IMG/VR virus record: IMGVR_UViG_3300037286_000056
Location: 1-35,167 of that record
DNA: 35,167 nt
Reading direction: 5' to 3' (one strand)
Origin: a virus
Taxonomy: Duplodnaviria > Caudoviricetes
Part shown: positions 25,402 through 34,510 of the stretch, piece after piece
Position numbering within the stretch: the first letter of the stretch is position 1
Layout: every line of letters begins with the position of its first letter
Program-made: the position numbers and the translations under genes
Notes under the pieces: generated by a model
Told to the model about the DNA's origin: nothing
Seen by the model: the letters and a program-made list of their open reading frames with translations, nothing else
Databases searched by the model: none

Positions 25402-25524
25402 ATGCCTTCCGCTGCACAGGCGTTAAAGAGCGCGGCTTAGCGTTTGCGGGCTTTGGCGTACCCAAACCCGACGATGAGGTGCAACCTCGTAAAACATTAG
25501 CGTAATCGAAAGGAGCTATCAACC

Positions 25525-26175
25525 ATGAAACGTGAGGAACTGGAGAAATTGGGGCTGACCAAGGAGCAGATCGACGCGGTGATGGGCATCCACGGCGTGG
25601 ACGTCGAGGCGCACAAGGCTACGCTCAAGGGCAAAGAAGATGACCTGGCCGCTCTTCGGCAGGATGTCTCCGCCAAGGATACGCAGATCACCGACCTTTC
25701 CGGCCAGCTGAAAAAGCGCGATGAAGACATGAAGGCGCTCCAGAAGGATGCCGGAGCGAGTGCCGAGCTGCAAACCAAGCTGGCCGACCTTCAGGGCAAG
25801 TACGACGGCGATACCAAGGCGTTGCAAACCAAACTGGAACAGCAGCGCTACGACTATGCCGCCGAGCAGCTGTTCGTTGGCGTACCGTTCGCCTCCAAGC
25901 TCGCTCGAAAGGCTGCCGTGGAGGACTTCAAAGCCAAGGGCTTCAAGCTCGCCGACGACGGCAAGGGCTTTGTGGGTGCCGATGGCTACATCGACTCGCT
26001 CAAGAAGGATGACCCCGCCGCGTTCCTCCCGGACAAGCCCCCCGAACCCAAAGAACCCGAACCTGCACCCCCTGCGTTTTCCAAGCCGCTCGGCGGCGGT
26101 GACGGCGGGGCCGGTGCCAAGGGGTTTTTCACAGGCGGTGGGCTGAACTACGTTCGCACTCCCCCTACTAAATAA
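25525..26175 (+). CDS. Capsid scaffolding protein (GP20 family)
   Basis: MKREELEKLGLTKEQIDAVM N-terminus, long coiled coil, Pro-rich tail; RBS AAGGAG; precedes capsid gene. Confidence 0.92.
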   Translation: MKREELEKLGLTKEQIDAVMGIHGVDVEAHKATLKGKEDDLAALRQDVSAKDTQITDLSGQLKKRDEDMKALQKDAGASAELQTKLADLQGKYDGDTKALQTKLEQQRYDYAAEQLFVGVPFASKLARKAAVEDFKAKGFKLADDGKGFVGADGYIDSLKKDDPAAFLPDKPPEPKEPEPAPPAFSKPLGGGDGGAGAKGFFTGGGLNYVRTPPTK

Positions 26176-26216
26176 CGGCAGGGCATGACCCTGACCCATG
26201 ACAGGAGGTAACCCAC

Positions 26217-27401
26217 ATGGCAGCTTTGAACTATGCGGTTCAGTACAGCGAATCGCTGGCGACGATGTTCCCCTATGTGCTCTACTTCGGTCGCCTGTAC
26301 GCGACCCCCAACAACGGCCGCTATCGCATGGGCGAGGATGGCCGCAGCGTCAAGATCCCCCGGCTGACTGTCGGTGGTCGCGTGGACGCGAACCGCGACG
26401 CCATTGGCACCGCTGCCCGCAACTACGATAACGACTGGGAGACCAAGACGCTGACCAACCAGCGTGTGTGGAGCACCCTCGTGCACCCCAAGGACGTCGA
26501 CCAGACCCATATGGTCGCCACCATCGAGAACATCACCACGGAGATGAACAATACGCAGAAGTTCCCCGAAATGGATGCGTACACCATCTCCAAGCTGTAT
26601 GCCGACTGGCGGGCGCTCAACTACGCCCCCGACATCGTGACCCTGACCGTCGACAACGTGCTCTCGACCTTCGATGCCCTGATGCAGCGTGCGGATGAGA
26701 AGCGCGTGCCGCTCACCGGCCGCATTCTTTACGTGCTGCCCGCTGTGCAGCGCCTGATCAAGAACGCCTCGGGCATCACCCGCAACATCAACGCCCAGCA
26801 GAGCAACGGCGTGATTGACCGCATCGTGCAGGCTCTGGACACGGTCGAAATCGTCGGCGTACCCCCCGAGCTGATGAAGACCCTGTACAGCTTCACCTCC
26901 GGCTGGACCCCGAGCGCGAGCGCCAAGCAGATTCAGATGGCGCTGATCCACCCGCTGGCCGTGATCACCCCGGTGAGCTACGAGTTCGCAAAGCTTGATG
27001 AACCCAGCGCGCTGACCAATGGCAAGTACTACTACTTCGAGGAAAGCCATGAAGACGCGTTCATCCTCAACGCTAAGGCTGACGGCATCCAGTTCGTGAT
27101 GGCCGACGCCGGTGCTGCCGGTGCGATCACCGTGGCTTCTGCCGCGGGCACCGCGACCAACGGCGACACGGTGATCACCGTGACCGGCACCAAAGAAGGC
27201 GGCACTACGCTGGCCTACAAGATCGCCGCGACCGCGATTACTGCGCCCGGTTTGGGCGAAGTGCCCAGCGGCTACACCGCGTTCGCCAGCGGCGCGACCC
27301 TGTCCGGCCAGACCGCCAGCCACTACATCCGTGTGGTCGAGCTGAACGCGGACGGCAAGGTGATTGCCACCGGCACGGCGCAGCTGACGGTGAAGGCGTA
27401 G
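26217..27401 (+). CDS. Major capsid protein with C-terminal Ig-like extension
   Basis: ALNYAVQYS..L, SVKIPRL, VHPKDVDQT, KFPEMDAY.ISKLY, YYYFEES..DAFIL; last ~85 aa Thr/Ala/Gly beta-rich. Confidence 0.92.
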   Translation: MAALNYAVQYSESLATMFPYVLYFGRLYATPNNGRYRMGEDGRSVKIPRLTVGGRVDANRDAIGTAARNYDNDWETKTLTNQRVWSTLVHPKDVDQTHMVATIENITTEMNNTQKFPEMDAYTISKLYADWRALNYAPDIVTLTVDNVLSTFDALMQRADEKRVPLTGRILYVLPAVQRLIKNASGITRNINAQQSNGVIDRIVQALDTVEIVGVPPELMKTLYSFTSGWTPSASAKQIQMALIHPLAVITPVSYEFAKLDEPSALTNGKYYYFEESHEDAFILNAKADGIQFVMADAGAAGAITVASAAGTATNGDTVITVTGTKEGGTTLAYKIAATAITAPGLGEVPSGYTAFASGATLSGQTASHYIRVVELNADGKVIATGTAQLTVKA

Positions 27402-27420
27402 TAACCTGACGAACCAACCT

Positions 27421-27451
27421 GCCGCCGCGCGAATGCTCGCGCGGCGGCTTA
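27421..27451 (+). terminator. GC-rich hairpin after capsid gene (terminator or mRNA stabiliser)
   Basis: Perfect 12-bp stem GCCGCCGCGCGA-ATGC-TCGCGCGGCGGC, only short U-tract. Confidence 0.6.
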
Positions 27452-27476
27452 TCCCATCTGAGGGAGAGGAGCAGCT

Positions 27477-27863
27477 ATGAAAACCGTTCAGAAAGACAAC
27501 CGCGTCGAAACCATCAACGATACCGACCTTCCCGAGGCCGTGAAGCGGGGCTGGCGGGAGATCAACCCCGAGACCGGCGAGCCCATCGCGGTCAACACGC
27601 CTTCACGCTCCATGGCCGCGCTAGAGGCCGAAAACGCCGACCTGCGTAAGAAGGTGCAGGAGTTCCCTGCTGCCATGCAGGCAGCGCATACGAGGATCAC
27701 TGAACTGGAAGCCGAGACCGCCAGCCTGAAGGCCGCGCTGGCGGCCAAGGATACGTCCGGCGAGGCCCCCAAGGGCAAATCCAAGGGCAAGGCCGCCGAC
27801 AAGCCGCCCGAAGGCGATGAGCTGCGCATCGATACCGCTGCCGAGGGCAAAGCCGCCGAGTAA
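27477..27863 (+). CDS. Hypothetical head-region protein with coiled coil
   Basis: RBS GAGGAG; between capsid and connector genes. Confidence 0.8.
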   Translation: MKTVQKDNRVETINDTDLPEAVKRGWREINPETGEPIAVNTPSRSMAALEAENADLRKKVQEFPAAMQAAHTRITELEAETASLKAALAAKDTSGEAPKGKSKGKAADKPPEGDELRIDTAAEGKAAE

Positions 27864-27883
27864 TCGGGAAAGGAGGCCTCCGG

Positions 27884-28282
27884 ATGGGCTACATCACGCT
27901 TGACTACTACACCAACACATTTCATGGACATCCGATCAGCGCCGACGCATTCCCGCGCCTGGCTGATGATGCGGGCATGATGATCGACAGCATCGTGCAG
28001 CGCCCCGTAGGCGATGCGGATAAGGCAGGCGACCTGTTCAAGCGGGCCGTGTGCTACCAGACCGAGGTGCTTGCACTGGCCGGGGGCGTGCCTGCGCTGG
28101 CAGAGGGAGAGGCAAACGGGCGCTTGCTGTCTGTGAGCAACGACGGCTACAGCGAACACCGCGAGCGCATCAAGGAGGCCCATACCCTGAACGGCCTGCC
28201 GGTATCCTCCATGGCCATGGCGACGTTACAGCAGATGGGGTACTTGAAGCGCTGGGTGTACGCGGGGAGGGAAACGCCGTGA
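27884..28282 (+). CDS. Head-tail connector (adaptor) protein
   Basis: YITLDYY...FPRLA..A...ID, FKRAVCYQTE, SVSNDGYSE; RBS AAGGAGG. Confidence 0.85.
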   Translation: MGYITLDYYTNTFHGHPISADAFPRLADDAGMMIDSIVQRPVGDADKAGDLFKRAVCYQTEVLALAGGVPALAEGEANGRLLSVSNDGYSEHRERIKEAHTLNGLPVSSMAMATLQQMGYLKRWVYAGRETP

Positions 28283-28716
28283 GCGAGCTGAACGCCGTGC
28301 TCTTCAGCGACACCGTCACCCTATACAACCGCTACCGCATTGGCCATGATGACCGTTGGCAACGAACCGTATTGCATGGCGTGCAGTACCGTGCCAAAAC
28401 CGAAAAGACAGTTGACGAAGGCGGCCTCCACCTTGCGCAGAGCGTGAGCGTGACCATCCCGGTCAACGCAGACGCAGGCGGCCGGCACTATCTGCCGCCG
28501 CACCTGTTCGCTGTGAGTGAAAACCGCGCTGCCTACTGGACGCTGGACGCGGAGCACAACCTCGACGTGATCGTGAACGGCGAATGTACCAAAGAACTGT
28601 CTGGCACTTACACGCTCGACCACCTCCGCAAGGAGCACCGCTATGTGACCGTCAAAGGCGTATCCGACAACACGGTGCGCCCACGCCTCAAACACTGGCG
28701 GGTGATCGCGCAATGA
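28279..28716 (+). CDS. Head-closure/neck protein (DUF6751-like)
   Basis: GTG overlapping upstream stop; DTVTLYN...WQRTVLHGV...LKHWRV; position. Confidence 0.8.
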   Translation: MSELNAVLFSDTVTLYNRYRIGHDDRWQRTVLHGVQYRAKTEKTVDEGGLHLAQSVSVTIPVNADAGGRHYLPPHLFAVSENRAAYWTLDAEHNLDVIVNGECTKELSGTYTLDHLRKEHRYVTVKGVSDNTVRPRLKHWRVIAQ

Positions 28717-29153
28717 GCAAGGCGGGCTTTAACATCCAGACGCCGCGCGGCATGATCGTGATCAACGGCGACTGCCGCGCCGAGATCGTCTGGAATGCAG
28801 GGTTTGGCCAGAAGGTGTCCGGTGCGCTGGATGTGGTTCAGGCGTGGATCGACAATGAGGTACTGGCGCGCTGCAACCCCTATGTGCCCATGGACAGCTC
28901 CATGCTCAACAAAAGCGGCATCCTGTTCACGGTACTGGGCAGCGGCGAGGTGATCTACAGCACGCCCTATGCCCGCCGCCACTACTATAATCAGCCGCTG
29001 GTGGACAGCCTTGGCAGGCACTATGGGCCATCCACGTTCCAAGGCGCGCCCATGCGCGGCGCCTACTGGTTTGAGCGCATGAAGAACGAAGGCGGCAAGG
29101 AAGCCATCCTGCGTGGCGCACAGATCATGCTGGAAAGGCAGAAAGGGAGGTGA
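28713..29153 (+). CDS. Neck/'minor capsid' protein
   Basis: ATGA coupling; PYVPMDSSML, YSTPYARRHYY, RGAYWFERMK motifs. Confidence 0.85.
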   Translation: MSKAGFNIQTPRGMIVINGDCRAEIVWNAGFGQKVSGALDVVQAWIDNEVLARCNPYVPMDSSMLNKSGILFTVLGSGEVIYSTPYARRHYYNQPLVDSLGRHYGPSTFQGAPMRGAYWFERMKNEGGKEAILRGAQIMLERQKGR

Positions 29154-29157
29154 GGGC

Positions 29158-29580
29158 ATGGCGACGGTATCCCAGAGCATCATCACGTGGCTGGGCACGA
29201 ACCCCACGGTGGATGTGGACACGGACGTGAACACCGACATGCTGGCTGCGCAGGCGCTTGCCATGGCCCTGTACAAAACCCCGCAGGCCACTGTGATTCC
29301 CTATGTGGATGGCACGCGCGACATTACCGGCTACTACAACTTCCTACTGCGGCAGCGCGCCAATCAGGAGGCCAAGCGGCGGGACAATCAGGCGTGGCTG
29401 GAAGCGCTGGAGGCGTGGGTGTATGCCCAGCAGATGGCGCGCACCTTGCCCAGCATGGACGCGGGCCGCACCTGCCACCGCGTGTTCATCGCCAACACCT
29501 TCTACATGACGAGCGCGGAAACGGATGAGGCAGTGTACCAGTTGACCATCGGCATCAATTACACAGAAAAGGCGGCCTGA
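29158..29580 (+). CDS. Tail terminator/completion protein
   Basis: Position before tail tube; YVDG...FLLR...EALEAWV...LP...AVYQLTIGINY pattern. Confidence 0.8.
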   Translation: MATVSQSIITWLGTNPTVDVDTDVNTDMLAAQALAMALYKTPQATVIPYVDGTRDITGYYNFLLRQRANQEAKRRDNQAWLEALEAWVYAQQMARTLPSMDAGRTCHRVFIANTFYMTSAETDEAVYQLTIGINYTEKAA

Positions 29581-29605
29581 GCGCCGCGGGAAAGGATGGA
29601 TTCAT

Positions 29606-30349
29606 ATGTCTCAAAAAGTCATGCGGTATGATATCGCGGACTTCCTCAAGGTTACCCCCGCAGGTGGTTCGGCAGCCTATCATCTGCTGGGTTTGGGCGT
29701 CACCAAGCTGGACGAGAGCCCGAACCCCAAAACCAACACGGACGCCTATGTCGACAGCCGCAACGGCCAGACGGTGCTGACCGGCTATGACAACAGCTTC
29801 CCCATCGACAGCCAGCTGATCCCCGATGCGGCAGCCGTGGCCGCGCTCTACAAGGTTGCCCACGACCAGTTGACCGGCGCGGATGCCGAGTTCGAGTTCG
29901 TGCGCGTCGACCTGTATGACCGCGTGGGCAGCACCGGCAAGGTGTACCACGCACGCCACTTCAACACGACCTTTGTGCCCGGCGACATCACTGGCGCGGC
30001 CACGGAGGTAATGAGTTTCTCAGGCGACCTGAACCAGAACGGCGACATGGTCCCCGGTACCTTCGACCTCGATGCCAAGGCCTTCACGGCAGGCGCTGCT
30101 GGTACCTATTATGCGGTGACCATGACCGTGGTGCCGGTGAGCGCTGAGGTGATCCTGCGCAACGCGGACAACGAACAGATCCCGGTGACCGTGAACGAGG
30201 TGACCGGCGTTGTGACGATCCCCGCGCTGGCCAACGGCACCTATGGCTACACCGTGTTCGCCGATGGCTACGTGACGCAGGTGGATACCTTCACGGTATC
30301 GTCCGCCACCGTCGCCATTGACACCATCACACTCGTGGAGCCTGCTTAA
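29606..30349 (+). CDS. Major tail tube protein with C-terminal Ig-like domain
   Basis: LLGLGVTKLDESPNPKT..YVD...GYD..F; G.L..NGD...GTF; last ~80 aa beta-rich with LANGTYGYTVFADGY. Confidence 0.88.
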   Translation: MSQKVMRYDIADFLKVTPAGGSAAYHLLGLGVTKLDESPNPKTNTDAYVDSRNGQTVLTGYDNSFPIDSQLIPDAAAVAALYKVAHDQLTGADAEFEFVRVDLYDRVGSTGKVYHARHFNTTFVPGDITGAATEVMSFSGDLNQNGDMVPGTFDLDAKAFTAGAAGTYYAVTMTVVPVSAEVILRNADNEQIPVTVNEVTGVVTIPALANGTYGYTVFADGYVTQVDTFTVSSATVAIDTITLVEPA

Positions 30350-30353
30350 CACC

Positions 30354-30386
30354 TCGCAGGGGCGCAGCGAACCTGCGCCCCTGCGA
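30354..30386 (+). terminator. GC-rich hairpin after tail tube gene
   Basis: Perfect 14-bp stem TCGCAGGGGCGCAG-CGAAC-CTGCGCCCCTGCGA, no U-tract. Confidence 0.55.
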
Positions 30387-30406
30387 TGACAACATGAGGT
30401 GATTCA

Positions 30407-30652
30407 ATGGACGCGCAACGCAATCAATCCGAGGGGCTGGAAATCCGCCTGCCGGATGCTGCCGGTATGTATCAACCTGCCGCCCATGTCAACTACACCA
30501 TCCGGCCCGGTCAGGGGTTCAACATCAATCTGGACGTGTTCAACGCTGAGCTGGTCGAGGCGAACGCAGTAGACGTGAAGACGGCCGTGAACGCGTTCAT
30601 GCAAGACGCTATCAGCAAGGCTGCGACGCTCGGTTTCCCTGTCGGGGAATGA
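30407..30652 (+). CDS. Small hypothetical tail-region protein
   Basis: RBS GAGGTG; 81 aa with phage-like codon usage. Confidence 0.75.
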   Translation: MDAQRNQSEGLEIRLPDAAGMYQPAAHVNYTIRPGQGFNINLDVFNAELVEANAVDVKTAVNAFMQDAISKAATLGFPVGE

Positions 30653-30661
30653 GGAGGATAT

Positions 30662-31012
30662 ATGCGCAAGGTCAGCTTCCAATACCAGCCCGCACCGACC
30701 ATCGAGGTGCAGGACCGCAACGGCGAATACCAGGCGTTTGAACTGCAGGCCAGCGACGCTGATATCTTTGACCGCGCGCTGGAGCTTGCGGCAAAGTACC
30801 GCAAGCTGAAGAAGGACACAAAGCCCAGCATCGTGCTCAAAGCGCTCAAGGAGTGCACGTCCATCGTGAATACCATCCTTGGCGACGGCTCCATGACGCG
30901 CCTCAGCTGCGGCAAGCCGCTGTGCATCTCCGATGCGCTGGATCTGATGGCCGCCATCACCCGCGAGGCTTCCGCAAGCTACGCGGAGCGGCTCGGCGAG
31001 TACAATGAATAA
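30662..31012 (+). CDS. Tail assembly chaperone
   Basis: RBS GAGGAGG; VNTILGDGS motif; position. Confidence 0.78.
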   Translation: MRKVSFQYQPAPTIEVQDRNGEYQAFELQASDADIFDRALELAAKYRKLKKDTKPSIVLKALKECTSIVNTILGDGSMTRLSCGKPLCISDALDLMAAITREASASYAERLGEYNE

Positions 31013-31616
31013 GCTCACGCTCTCCAAACGGCCCGAAAATGCGCTCCCCGAGCACGTTGTGCTGAACGGGGAGCGCTATTTGGTTCGCGCGGGTTTCAGG
31101 ACCATCCTGACCATCAACCGGCTGCTGAGCGACACGGAAGTGGAAGACCGTCACAAGGGATGGAAGCTGATCGACCTGTTCTATGCGCAAAGCCCGCCGC
31201 CTGAACTGGCCGGTGACGCCATACACGCATACTTCGATTTCATCAGGCCGCCTGAACGGGAAGTCGACCCGGACGCAGGCAGGATGGACTACGAGCACGA
31301 TGCGGACGCGATTTATGCGTCGTTTCGGATGCAGTATCACATCGACCTGCTCTCGCCGGATACGCACATGCACTGGTACGCCTTCTCCGCGCTGCTGGCC
31401 GGGCTGGGAGAGGGAACGCCGCTGGTGGAGCGCCTGCGGATGCGCACCCTTGACCTGTCCAAGCTCAAGGGCAAATCGAAGCGCCGCGCGTCCATCGCAA
31501 AACGCAACGCGCAGATACCGGTGCGGATTGGAACGGCAGATAAGCGGCAGTATCAAGAGCTGGCCGATGCACTCATGAACGGCGGCGACATCAGCGCCAT
31601 TCTAGGCCAAGAATAG
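31005..31616 (+). CDS. Gp15-family tail assembly chaperone
   Basis: DYEHDADAIYASFRMQYHIDL...MHWYAFSALLAGL motif. Confidence 0.9.
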   Translation: MNKLTLSKRPENALPEHVVLNGERYLVRAGFRTILTINRLLSDTEVEDRHKGWKLIDLFYAQSPPPELAGDAIHAYFDFIRPPEREVDPDAGRMDYEHDADAIYASFRMQYHIDLLSPDTHMHWYAFSALLAGLGEGTPLVERLRMRTLDLSKLKGKSKRRASIAKRNAQIPVRIGTADKRQYQELADALMNGGDISAILGQE

Positions 31617-31627
31617 AGGTGAGCCCC

Positions 31628-34504
31628 ATGCCGGACGGTAGCCTTACCTTTGATACCAAGGTGGATGAAGCCTCGTTCTCCAAGTCCATGGATAGCCTGA
31701 CGGCAGCCGTCAAGGAAGGGCTCGATACCATCAGCGCGAAGCTCGATGCTCTGGCCACGTTGATCGACACCAAATTCACCACCGCCATGGGCAGCGTGAA
31801 ATCCGAAGTATCCGAAACCATGGAGAGCGTTGAAAACAGCGTGAGCGGCGGCATCTCCAAGGCGGGGAGCGCTACCGCGAAATCCATGGAGGATGTGGCC
31901 AGCGAAGTATCCGATGGCCTAGACACGGTGAGTGCGGACGTGAACCAGCGCTCGCTGGCAGTAGCGTCCGCCGTGGGCACCATGCTTGGCAACATGGCCG
32001 GTAACCTGATTACCAGCGCGCTCGGCAATGCCAAGCAGTACATCATGGACAGCATTGCGGTGGCCAGCGACCTGGCCGAGGTGCAAAACGTCGTAAACAC
32101 AACCTTTGGCGAGAATACAGGCGCCATCGATAAGTGGGCCAAAGCGGCCAAAGAAGCCTATGGCATGAGCGAGCTCAAGGCGAAGCGCTTCACGAGCACA
32201 ATGGGCGCGATGCTCAAGAGCATGAAGCTCTCAGGCGATCAGGTACTGGACATGTCCGAGGGCATCGCAGGACTTGCGGGCGATTGGGCCAGTTTCTACA
32301 ACCTGAGCCATGATGAAGCCTTCGACAAACTCAAATCTGCCATGGCCGGTGAAACCGAGGGCGTGAAAGCGCTCGGCATCAACATGTCCGTGGCGAATTT
32401 GGAGGCGTTTGCGCTTTCGCAGGGGATCACGAAAACATACAGCAGCATGTCGCAAGCGGAGCAGGCTACGCTTCGCTACAACTTCCTCATGGAGGCGACC
32501 GCCGACGCGCAGGGCGACTTTGCGCGCACGAGCGACGGGTATGCCAACCAGCAGCGCATCCTTGACACGACGATGGAGGAGCTCTCCGCGACGGTCGGCA
32601 GCCTGTTTCTGCCCGCCGCGACGGCTGCCGTGGGCATCCTGAACACGCTGGCCACCGGGGCCAAGGGTGTGGTGACCGCCATTGCCGGTATCTTCACGCC
32701 GCCCGCACAGGACGCGCTCACGGTTGCCGTGGCAAGCGGAAAGGCAGCTTTCAACGATTTCGAGCAAGCCGTCAAGGACAGCGACACGACCTTTGCCAAC
32801 AATAAAGCCGAGATACAGGCCCGTTATGATCTCGCCACGCAGTACCTGAACGCCCTAACTGCGCTTGAGCAAAAAGAGGTCAAGACCGATCAGGACGTTG
32901 AGGCCATGAAGGCGGCAACGGCGGCACTGGTCAACCTGTACCCCGATCTGAAGGCGAATCTTGACCCCGTAACGGGCCTGTTTGCCAATGGGTCGGCGGC
33001 GATCCGCGGCTTCATCACAAGCCTTAACGAGCTGGCCGTGTACGACCTGTACGAAAGCAAAATGAAAGCCAACGCGGCCTTGATTGCGCAGGCGTACGAC
33101 AGTCTGGTGACAGCCAACGCGACACTTGCCGAGGCGGTTGCAGCCCGAAGCGCCAAAGAGGCGGAGTATAACGCCATAGCGACCGCCCAAACCGCACTGG
33201 TACAGATGAATGCTGATGCCATCGACGCGTCCACATCGGCGTTTCTGCTTGGGATTGACGGGTTTACCCAGTACTTCAACGTGCTCGAGGATGGCACCGT
33301 TGCGCTCAAAGAAGGCGTGGATGCCGAACAGGCGTATCGACTTGCCTATGAGGCGCTGGACGGACCCGCAAGGGCTGCCTATGAAGCCATGTTCACAGCT
33401 TCTGACGCAGCCGATCAGGCCAGCGTTTCCGTAACGGGATACACGCAGGATATCGAAACGCTGACCGCCCAGCAGGCTGAACTGCAACAGCAACAGGAGG
33501 CGGTCAAGACCGCCATGGCCAGCACAACGCCCACAGCGCAGAGCGCAGGCGACAGCATTACCGGCCTTGGCGACAAAACAGCGGACGCTGCTGACAATGT
33601 CGCTTTTGCGGGCGGGACCATTGCCGATGCAATGCTCAAGATTGATGATGCGCAAAGTAAGGCGAGCGAGGCTTCTACCGAGCAGCAAGCAGCCATCGAC
33701 AAAAACGCGGAATTATCCGAGCTGACTGCCTCCATCGCGGCAAACATCGAAACGGCCAGCAAAGCCGGTACCGATGCGGTGGCGGCGTTGACAGCTGCCA
33801 AGCTGACCATTGCCGCAGACGCCAAAGCGGCAATTACCAGCATGGAAAGCCTCACCACCGACCTTGGGCTGTATGTGCTGGCGATGAAGGATACGCTCGT
33901 GCTGATCATCTCCGATGCGGAAACCGAAGCGGCAACGGCAGGTGAGAAGTTCGCCAAGGGGGCAAGCGACGGTTATAAGAAGCAGCCCTACCTGCGCAAT
34001 GCGGTGAACGCTACCATGAATCAGTCGCTTGCGGCCATGCGCAGTTACTTCAACGCATTTGAAAACGTCGGGTATGGGATCATCGACCATGTTGCGGACG
34101 GGGTTTACAGCGGGCAGGGAACACTTACGGCGGCCATCCGGTCGGTGATCGCTGCGGCCGTCGCAGCCGCGACAAACGCTGGGACAGGGGGCACCTCGGC
34201 TGCAATGGGCATCAATGGAAGCCACGCGAACGGTCTTGCACGCGTGCCGTTTGACGGATACATCGCGCAGCTGCACGAGAATGAAGCCGTGCTGCCGCCC
34301 CCCGAGGCTGCCGCATGGCGCGCCATTGCCAGCGGCGAGGGAATGCCGGGATTCGACGCGGCGGGCGTGATTCAGGCCATCCGTGAAAGCAGCGGCGGCC
34401 CGATTTATGTGTCGCTGACCATCGATGGGGAAGACCTGTCCGAGATCATTGAACCGAAGATTTCCACGTTGCAGGGGCAACGGCTGAGGCTGAAAGGGAG
34501 GTGA
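31628..34504 (+). CDS. Tape measure protein
   Basis: ~958 aa, Ala-rich helical; DGSLTFDTKVD start, ASDLAEVQNVV, GETEGVKALGI, QGDFARTSDGYANQ.R, C-terminal SHANGL.RVPFDGYIAQLHENEAVL. Confidence 0.95.
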   Translation: MPDGSLTFDTKVDEASFSKSMDSLTAAVKEGLDTISAKLDALATLIDTKFTTAMGSVKSEVSETMESVENSVSGGISKAGSATAKSMEDVASEVSDGLDTVSADVNQRSLAVASAVGTMLGNMAGNLITSALGNAKQYIMDSIAVASDLAEVQNVVNTTFGENTGAIDKWAKAAKEAYGMSELKAKRFTSTMGAMLKSMKLSGDQVLDMSEGIAGLAGDWASFYNLSHDEAFDKLKSAMAGETEGVKALGINMSVANLEAFALSQGITKTYSSMSQAEQATLRYNFLMEATADAQGDFARTSDGYANQQRILDTTMEELSATVGSLFLPAATAAVGILNTLATGAKGVVTAIAGIFTPPAQDALTVAVASGKAAFNDFEQAVKDSDTTFANNKAEIQARYDLATQYLNALTALEQKEVKTDQDVEAMKAATAALVNLYPDLKANLDPVTGLFANGSAAIRGFITSLNELAVYDLYESKMKANAALIAQAYDSLVTANATLAEAVAARSAKEAEYNAIATAQTALVQMNADAIDASTSAFLLGIDGFTQYFNVLEDGTVALKEGVDAEQAYRLAYEALDGPARAAYEAMFTASDAADQASVSVTGYTQDIETLTAQQAELQQQQEAVKTAMASTTPTAQSAGDSITGLGDKTADAADNVAFAGGTIADAMLKIDDAQSKASEASTEQQAAIDKNAELSELTASIAANIETASKAGTDAVAALTAAKLTIAADAKAAITSMESLTTDLGLYVLAMKDTLVLIISDAETEAATAGEKFAKGASDGYKKQPYLRNAVNATMNQSLAAMRSYFNAFENVGYGIIDHVADGVYSGQGTLTAAIRSVIAAAVAAATNAGTGGTSAAMGINGSHANGLARVPFDGYIAQLHENEAVLPPPEAAAWRAIASGEGMPGFDAAGVIQAIRESSGGPIYVSLTIDGEDLSEIIEPKISTLQGQRLRLKGR

Positions 34505-34510
34505 CGCGGC

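Noticed and set aside
30662-31616. Programmed -1 frameshift between tail chaperones
   Set aside because: No slippery heptamer at the junction; the second gene has its own ATG overlapping the first and is a Gp15-type protein.
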